Positions 58,969-64,000 of a stretch of 64,000 nt of DNA are shown here, piece after piece; the stretch's first letter is position 1; every line of letters begins with the position of its first letter. A program made the position numbers and the translations under genes. The notes beneath the pieces are model-generated. The model was not told the DNA's origin. It searched no databases and saw only the letters and a list, made by a program, of their open reading frames with translations. This DNA is from Pseudomonadota bacterium (lineage in GTDB: Bacteria > Pseudomonadota > Alphaproteobacteria > JACQOE01): positions 37,202 to 101,201 of the forward strand of contig JACQOE010000055.1 of the NCBI GenBank assembly GCA_016202695.1. The letters run 5' to 3'.

Positions 58969-59718
58969 TTGGATACCGTGATGGACAGCATGCCATCCAT
59001 CGAACATTGGATTTCGGGAACAGCGTTGTTTCTCACGTTTTCATTTACGTTCACAATCATCGTCGGCGTGATTGGGATTAAGACGATGGTTTCCCGTAAA
59101 TGGTTTTGGATCTTGACCGCTGTGGCCGCGCTTCTTTCGCTCTCAGCTTGGCGGCATGCAGCCATTCAAAATGAGCAAAAAAACGAAATCCAGCAAAGAG
59201 CGCACAACCTTGAAAAGGACGTGCGCCGAATGGCCGATACGCTCAAGGTAAATCTTGATCAATCGGTCGAAGCGTTAGCGAAGGAAATCATTGATCGGTT
59301 GATACGCCCTTGGCGCCTAAATCGGTCCCAAATCGAGAGACTAGAGGAACAGTTTAATCGTCTTCGAGAGCGGGGCTTGGAATTTCGTATCGGATTTTTC
59401 CCGATACAAAGCGACAAAGATGCAAGCACCTTTGCAAGAGACATTACAAGCCTGCTAGCGTCAATGCGCCCAGAATGGCCATACACACAGCCGGGCGTGG
59501 TTTGGGCGGACCCGACGACGGAAGGTATCCACGTCGCGATATCGGACAACGACGACATCAACAATCCGCCAGAGAGCGCGCGTCACCTTGAACGCGTATT
59601 CAAAGATTCGGGCCTTCCCATCGGGCGCGTGGTGACAGAGAGAGGACTTCGAAAAGGTGAAGTCGGTTTGGTGATCGGCTCAAAGCCAAGGGATTGGGAA
59701 GTCTATAGTGCGCCGTAA
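58969..59718 (+). CDS. Low-GC orphan membrane protein (2 N-terminal TM helices, coiled-coil-like linker, C-terminal globular domain)
   Basis: 249-aa uninterrupted ORF in a markedly AT-richer segment directly after parE. No recognisable motifs. Start uncertain (several Met in the first 8 codons). Confidence 0.5.
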   Translation: MDTVMDSMPSIEHWISGTALFLTFSFTFTIIVGVIGIKTMVSRKWFWILTAVAALLSLSAWRHAAIQNEQKNEIQQRAHNLEKDVRRMADTLKVNLDQSVEALAKEIIDRLIRPWRLNRSQIERLEEQFNRLRERGLEFRIGFFPIQSDKDASTFARDITSLLASMRPEWPYTQPGVVWADPTTEGIHVAISDNDDINNPPESARHLERVFKDSGLPIGRVVTERGLRKGEVGLVIGSKPRDWEVYSAP

Positions 59719-59766
59719 CCCCTGAGAGTCGAAACGAGTCGAGCCGTTTCAACAGCTCAGATCGTC

Positions 59767-59840
59767 ACCCCCGCAAAGGCGGGGGTCCATGTCGAATCGG
59801 CTACGACGCGGCAAGCCTGGATTCCCGCTTTCGCGGGAAT
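59767..59840. repeat. Two REP-like 8-bp-stem/4-nt-loop hairpins (ACCCCCGC-AAAG-GCGGGGGT and ATTCCCGC-TTTC-GCGGGAAT)
   Basis: Read directly at 59767..59786 and 59821..59840. The GGGAAT...CCCGC class is a palindromic repeat common in alphaproteobacteria. Confidence 0.6.
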
Positions 59841-59933
59841 GACGGACATGACGCGTAACTGGTTGCGAAATACGACTTCATTTCCAGCCGGACACTGGAG
59901 GAACAGCCCTTGAACCCAGCTGGGGCCAAGCGC

Positions 59934-60248
59934 TCACGCGGCCCGGGGCGCGACCTCCTTCTCGATGCGTCGGCGCGAGGTTTCCTTCGCCACCTCCAGG
60001 TCGTAATGGGCCTGGAGGTTGATCCAGAATTCGGGGCCGGTGCCGAAGTACCGGGCCAGCCGGAGCGCGGTGTCGGCGGTGATCGCGCGGCGGTCAAGCA
60101 CGATGTCGTTGACCCGCGAGCGCGGCACCTTGATCGCCTGCGTGAGCGCATAGACGCTCACTCCCATCGGCGATAGAAAATCCTCGCGCAGAATCGCGCC
60201 GGGATGGACCGGCGCGATCCGCCCGCCGGAACCGGACCGGCCGCACAA
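59934..60248 (-). CDS. higA: HigA-family antitoxin (XRE-type HTH), with no adjacent toxin gene
   Basis: PVHPGAILREDFL...TADTALRLARYFGTGPEFWINLQ is the canonical HigA/VapI signature. 104 aa. Confidence 0.8.
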   Translation of the reverse strand: MCGRSGSGGRIAPVHPGAILREDFLSPMGVSVYALTQAIKVPRSRVNDIVLDRRAITADTALRLARYFGTGPEFWINLQAHYDLEVAKETSRRRIEKEVAPRAA

Positions 60249-60259
60249 GGGGAGGAGCG

Positions 60260-61954
60260 ATGACCCACGACGTCATCATCGTCGGCGGCGGCTCCGCTGG
60301 CTGCGCGCTGGCCAACCGGCTCTCGGCCCGAAGCGGGACCAGGGTCCTGCTGATCGAGGCCGGCCAGGACACGCCCCCCAACCGGGTGCCGGAGGACATC
60401 CTCGACAGCTATCCGGGCCGCGCCTACCTCAACCCGGCCTACGGCTGGCCGGAGCTCCGCGTCCACCTCCAGCCGGTGCCCCACAACGCCCCCGAGCGCC
60501 CGCCCGCCCGGCGCTACGAGCAGGCCAAGGTCATGGGCGGGGGCTCCAGCATCAACGGCCAGGTGGCGGTGCGCGGCGCCCCCGCCGACTACGACGCCTG
60601 GGAGGCGGCCGGCGCCGCGGGCTGGGGCTGGGAGGGGGTGCTGCCCTACTTCCGCCGGCTCGAGCGCGACATGGACTTCGACGGCCCGCTCCACGGCCGG
60701 GAGGGGCCGATCCCCATCCGGCGCATCTTCCCCGACCAGTGGGACGGCCTCGCCCGCGCCGCGGCCGAGGTCTTCCGCCGGGCGGGCCACGCCTACCGCC
60801 CGGACATGAACGGCGAGTTCGCCGACGGCTTTGCGCCCGCGCCCTTCTCCAACGCCTACGGGCGGCGCGTCTCCACCGCCGTCGCCTACCTCGATGCCGC
60901 CACCCGGCAGCGCGCCAACCTCCGAATCCTGGCCGGGGCCGAGGTCCGGCGCCTCGTCGTCGAGGGCCGCCGCGTGGTCGGAGTCGAGGCCGTGACCGGC
61001 GCCGGAGAGGAGGTCTTCCGCGCCCGCGAGGTGATCGTAACGGCCGGGGCCACCCACTCGCCGGCGCTACTCATGCGTTCCGGCATCGGCCCCGCCGGCG
61101 CGCTCCGCGCGCTCGGGGTCGCCGTGGTCGCCGACCTGCCGGGGGTGGGGCGGAACCTCCAGGATCATCCGGCGGTCGCCGTCTCGGCCTATCTCGTGCC
61201 CGAGGCGCGGTTCGATCCCGCCAGCCGGCGGCACATCCACGTGCATCTGCGCTACTCCTCGGGGGTCGAGGGCTGTCCGCCCACCGACATGGTGATCAAC
61301 ACCGTCTCGCGCTCGGCCTGGCACCCGCTCGGCCGCCAGCTCGGCTCGTTCCAGGTGTTCGCGGCCAAGTCATTCTCCCGCGGCGAGGTGACGCTGGCCT
61401 CCGCGGACTGGCGCCGCGAGCCGGTGGTGGCGTTCAACCTCCTCTCCGACCGCCGCGACTGCGACCGGCTGATGGCCGGCATCCGCCTGGTGGCGCACTT
61501 CCTCGGCCAGGAGCCGCTCAGCCGCTGCGCCCTCGATCCCTTCCCCTCGAGCTACTCGGAGCGGGCGCGGACCTTCGGCCGCCTCACCTTCGGCAACGCG
61601 TTCCTGACCTTCGTCGCCGCGCGCGTGATGGCGGGGCCGGGGGCGTTGCGCCGCACATTCATCCGCGCCGCCGTGAGCTCGGCGATGCCGCTTGAGCGGC
61701 TGCTCGCCGACGACGTCGCCCTCGAAGCCCACGTGCGCGACAGCGTCACCGGCACCTGGCACGCCTGCGGCACCTGCCGCATGGGCGACCCAACGGGCCC
61801 GTGGACGGTGGTCGATCCGCGCGGCCGCGTCGGCGGCGTCGAGGGGCTCAGGGTGGCGGACGCGTCGGTGATCCCGGAGATCCCGTCCGCCAACACCAAC
61901 ATCCCGACGATCATGATCGCCGAGAAGATGGCGGACGCGATCCTGTCGGGATAA
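60260..61954 (+). CDS. GMC-family FAD oxidoreductase (choline/alcohol dehydrogenase-like)
   Basis: DVIIVGGGSAGCALANRLS, GGGSSINGQV and the C-terminal H...N active-site region; 564 aa. Confidence 0.85.
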   Translation: MTHDVIIVGGGSAGCALANRLSARSGTRVLLIEAGQDTPPNRVPEDILDSYPGRAYLNPAYGWPELRVHLQPVPHNAPERPPARRYEQAKVMGGGSSINGQVAVRGAPADYDAWEAAGAAGWGWEGVLPYFRRLERDMDFDGPLHGREGPIPIRRIFPDQWDGLARAAAEVFRRAGHAYRPDMNGEFADGFAPAPFSNAYGRRVSTAVAYLDAATRQRANLRILAGAEVRRLVVEGRRVVGVEAVTGAGEEVFRAREVIVTAGATHSPALLMRSGIGPAGALRALGVAVVADLPGVGRNLQDHPAVAVSAYLVPEARFDPASRRHIHVHLRYSSGVEGCPPTDMVINTVSRSAWHPLGRQLGSFQVFAAKSFSRGEVTLASADWRREPVVAFNLLSDRRDCDRLMAGIRLVAHFLGQEPLSRCALDPFPSSYSERARTFGRLTFGNAFLTFVAARVMAGPGALRRTFIRAAVSSAMPLERLLADDVALEAHVRDSVTGTWHACGTCRMGDPTGPWTVVDPRGRVGGVEGLRVADASVIPEIPSANTNIPTIMIAEKMADAILSG

Positions 61955-62079
61955 CGGCACGCTCCGCCGGTTCCGCCGCCGCGTCCCCGGCGCGGTTGAC
62001 CGGGGCGGAGCGCGCGTGCCACCGTGCTTTACGGAACGGCGGCGGCCGGCCTCTGAGAACCGGAGCGGACGGGGGGAGG

Positions 62080-62991
62080 ATGAGCAACGATTACCCGCGC
62101 GACCTGGTGGGGTACGGGGAGACCCCCGTGGATCCGAAGTGGCCCGGCGGGGCGAGGCTCGCCCTCAACTTCGTGCTCAATTACGAGGAGGGCGGCGAGA
62201 GCTGCATCCTCCACGGCGATCCGGCTTCCGAAGGGAACCGCACCGACGTGCCGGGCAGTGTCCCCTGGCCGGGCGAGCGCAACCTCAACGTCGAATCCAT
62301 GTTCGAGTACGGCTCGCGGGCGGGATTCTGGCGCATCATGCGGCTGTTCCGCGAGCGCGGCCTCAACTTCACCGCCTACGCCGTTGGCATGGCGATCGAG
62401 CGGGCGCCCGGGAACGCGCGCGCGATGGTGCGCGACGGCCACGAGATCGCCAGCCACGGCTACCGCTGGATCAACTATCGCCACGTGGACGAGCGGACGG
62501 AGCGCGAGCACATGCGCCTCGCCATCTCGGCGATCGAGCGCGTCACGGGAAGCCGGCCGCTCGGCTGGTTCACCGGCCGCATCAGCGCCAACACCCGCCG
62601 GCTGGTGGTCGAGGAGGGCGGCTTCCTCTACGATTCCGACTCCTTCGCCGACGACCTACCCTACTGGGTCACCGTCTCGGGCAAGCCCCACCTCATCATC
62701 CCCTACAGCATGGATTGCAACGACGTCCGCTTCGCGGCCGAGCAGGGCTTCAACACCGGCGAGGAGTTCTTCGCCTACCTCAAGGACGCGTTCGACATGC
62801 TCTACGCCGAGGGTGCCTCTCGGCCCAAGATGATGACCGTCGGGCTCCACTGCCGCCTGGTCGGGCGCCCGGGGCGTGCGGCCGCGCTCGCCCGCTTCCT
62901 CGACTACGTGCGCGAGCACGACGAGGTGTGGCTCTGCCGGCGAGTCGACATCGCGCGACACTGGATGAAGGAGCACCCTTTCCCGACCTGA
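62080..62991 (+). CDS. puuE: PuuE-type allantoinase (polysaccharide deacetylase fold)
   Basis: Start at ATG 62080 (GGGGGAGG RBS). YPRDLVGYG...WPGGARLALNFVLNYEEGGE and HGYRW motifs close to canonical PuuE. Confidence 0.75.
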   Translation: MSNDYPRDLVGYGETPVDPKWPGGARLALNFVLNYEEGGESCILHGDPASEGNRTDVPGSVPWPGERNLNVESMFEYGSRAGFWRIMRLFRERGLNFTAYAVGMAIERAPGNARAMVRDGHEIASHGYRWINYRHVDERTEREHMRLAISAIERVTGSRPLGWFTGRISANTRRLVVEEGGFLYDSDSFADDLPYWVTVSGKPHLIIPYSMDCNDVRFAAEQGFNTGEEFFAYLKDAFDMLYAEGASRPKMMTVGLHCRLVGRPGRAAALARFLDYVREHDEVWLCRRVDIARHWMKEHPFPT

Positions 62992-63160
62992 AGGGACTCC
63001 CTGCGCCGCGGGTCGCGAGGAGGGGAGCGGCCCCGATCGGCGGCGTCGAGGCGGGTGCGCTTGGCTACCCGCCGTGGCCCGATCCCGCGAGACGATCAGG
63101 GCGAGCGAGAGTGCCGCCGCGGTCCATGCGGCACCCGAGCCCCCGAGGGAGGAGCGAGCG

Positions 63161-63928
63161 ATGGGAAACCTGAACGGAAAGGTATCGCTGGTGACCGGCG
63201 CCTCGCGCGGAATCGGCGAGGCGACGGCGCTGAGACTGGCGGAGATCGGCTCGTCCCTCTTCCTGGCGGCGGATGGCACGGCCGAGGAGCTGGAGGCGGT
63301 GGCGAGGGAGTGTCGCAGGCTGAGTCCCGTGGGCGCCGAGGCCAAGTGGGGGATCTTCGACCTCGCCGAGGTCGGCCAGGCGGAGAAGATGGCGACGGCC
63401 GCGATCGAGTCCTTCGGGCGGGCGGACGTTCTCGTCAACAATGCCGGCGTGCGCTGCCGAAAGCCGTTCGGCGAGCTGACCCACGAGGACTACGACCTCG
63501 TCATGACGGTGAACCTTCGCGCCCCGATCTTTGCCTCCCAGGCCGTTCTCCCGGCGATGCGAAGGCAGGGCGGCGGACGCATCATCAACGTCGCCAGCCA
63601 GATGGGGATGGTGGCCAAACAGGACCTCTCCCTCTATTCGACTTCCAAGGCGGCGCTAATCCATCTCACCCGCTCGATGGCCCTCGAGCTCGCCAAGGAC
63701 GGGATCGCCGTCAACGCCGTGAGTCCCGGTCCCATCGAGACCCCGTACACCATCGAGCGCCTGAGGGACCTACCGGGGTTCCGCGAGACCGCCCTCGCCT
63801 ATGTGCCGCTCGGACGGCTGGGAAAGCCCGGGGAGGTCGCCGAGGCGATCGTCTTCCTCGCCTCCTGCGACGGCAACTTCGTCCACGGCCACAACCTGGT
63901 CATCGACGGCGGACACGTGATTCATTAG
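63161..63928 (+). CDS. Short-chain dehydrogenase/reductase (SDR)
   Basis: TGASRGIG cofactor motif, NNAG, and the S...YxxxK catalytic set (YSTSK). Start at ATG 63161 with a GGGAGGAG RBS. Confidence 0.85.
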   Translation: MGNLNGKVSLVTGASRGIGEATALRLAEIGSSLFLAADGTAEELEAVARECRRLSPVGAEAKWGIFDLAEVGQAEKMATAAIESFGRADVLVNNAGVRCRKPFGELTHEDYDLVMTVNLRAPIFASQAVLPAMRRQGGGRIINVASQMGMVAKQDLSLYSTSKAALIHLTRSMALELAKDGIAVNAVSPGPIETPYTIERLRDLPGFRETALAYVPLGRLGKPGEVAEAIVFLASCDGNFVHGHNLVIDGGHVIH

Positions 63929-63934
63929 CAGGCC

Positions 63935-63955
63935 GCGCCCGCGGCGGGCGGGCGC
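63935..63955. terminator. GC-rich hairpin (GCGCCCGC-GGCGG-GCGGGCGC) between convergent genes
   Basis: 8-bp perfect stem read directly, sitting between the SDR stop and the stop of the next minus-strand gene. No clear U-tract. Confidence 0.35.
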
Positions 63956-64000
63956 TCAGCCCTCGGCGATCTCGATGTCCATCAGGGGCGCGTACTGCTG
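63956..64000 (-). CDS. 3' end of an unidentified minus-strand gene running off the window
   Basis: 15 in-frame codons ending in TGA (…QQYAPLMDIEIAEG*), every third position G/C as in genuine genes here. Too short to name. Confidence 0.35.
   Translation of the reverse strand, partial: QQYAPLMDIEIAEG

Noticed and set aside
60249-60560. Looked for a HigB/RelE-like toxin ORF upstream of higA on the minus strand.
   Set aside because: The region is occupied by the 5' end of the GMC oxidoreductase on the other strand. No minus-strand frame gives a RelE-like sequence.

Overview
High-GC (by eye about 70% G+C) alphaproteobacterium-like chromosomal window, densely coding, with many ATGA/GTGA start-stop overlaps. 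There are no rRNA or tRNA genes and no CRISPR array. Layout: (i) 1-38 kb is a nitrogen-heterocycle/cyclic-amide catabolic region. It holds a 12-gene minus-strand array (hyuAB-type ATP-dependent hydantoinase, two amidohydrolases, a TRAP transporter, soxBDAG sarcosine oxidase, an isochorismatase-like amidase) under a divergent LysR regulator. It also holds two MmgE/PrpD paralogs, cbtBA cobalt-uptake genes, a Tat-exported molybdopterin oxidoreductase operon with unusual partners, and a PuuE-like/racemase/M20 amidase/COG0523 GTPase/hydantoinase-like cluster. (ii) 38-43 kb carries five queuosine genes (queF, tgt, queA, yhhQ, queG). (iii) 43-48 kb carries a GltD-like flavoprotein-ferredoxin fusion plus korAB. 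(iv) 48-52 kb is an accessory patch: deaminase, an inverted-repeat-bounded MITE-like element, an NHL protein, vapBC with a perfect 40-bp palindrome, and a low-GC orphan nuclease-like gene. (v) 52-64 kb carries a GGDEF protein, ltaE/OCD/RidA, parE, a second low-GC orphan membrane protein, REP-like hairpins, an orphan higA, a GMC oxidoreductase, puuE and an SDR. The leads most worth follow-up are the molybdoenzyme operon of unknown substrate, the predicted creatinine/N-methylhydantoin-to-glycine array, the metal-delivery genes embedded among the amidohydrolases, and the two low-GC orphans. All functional calls come from reading motifs by eye; no database search was run.
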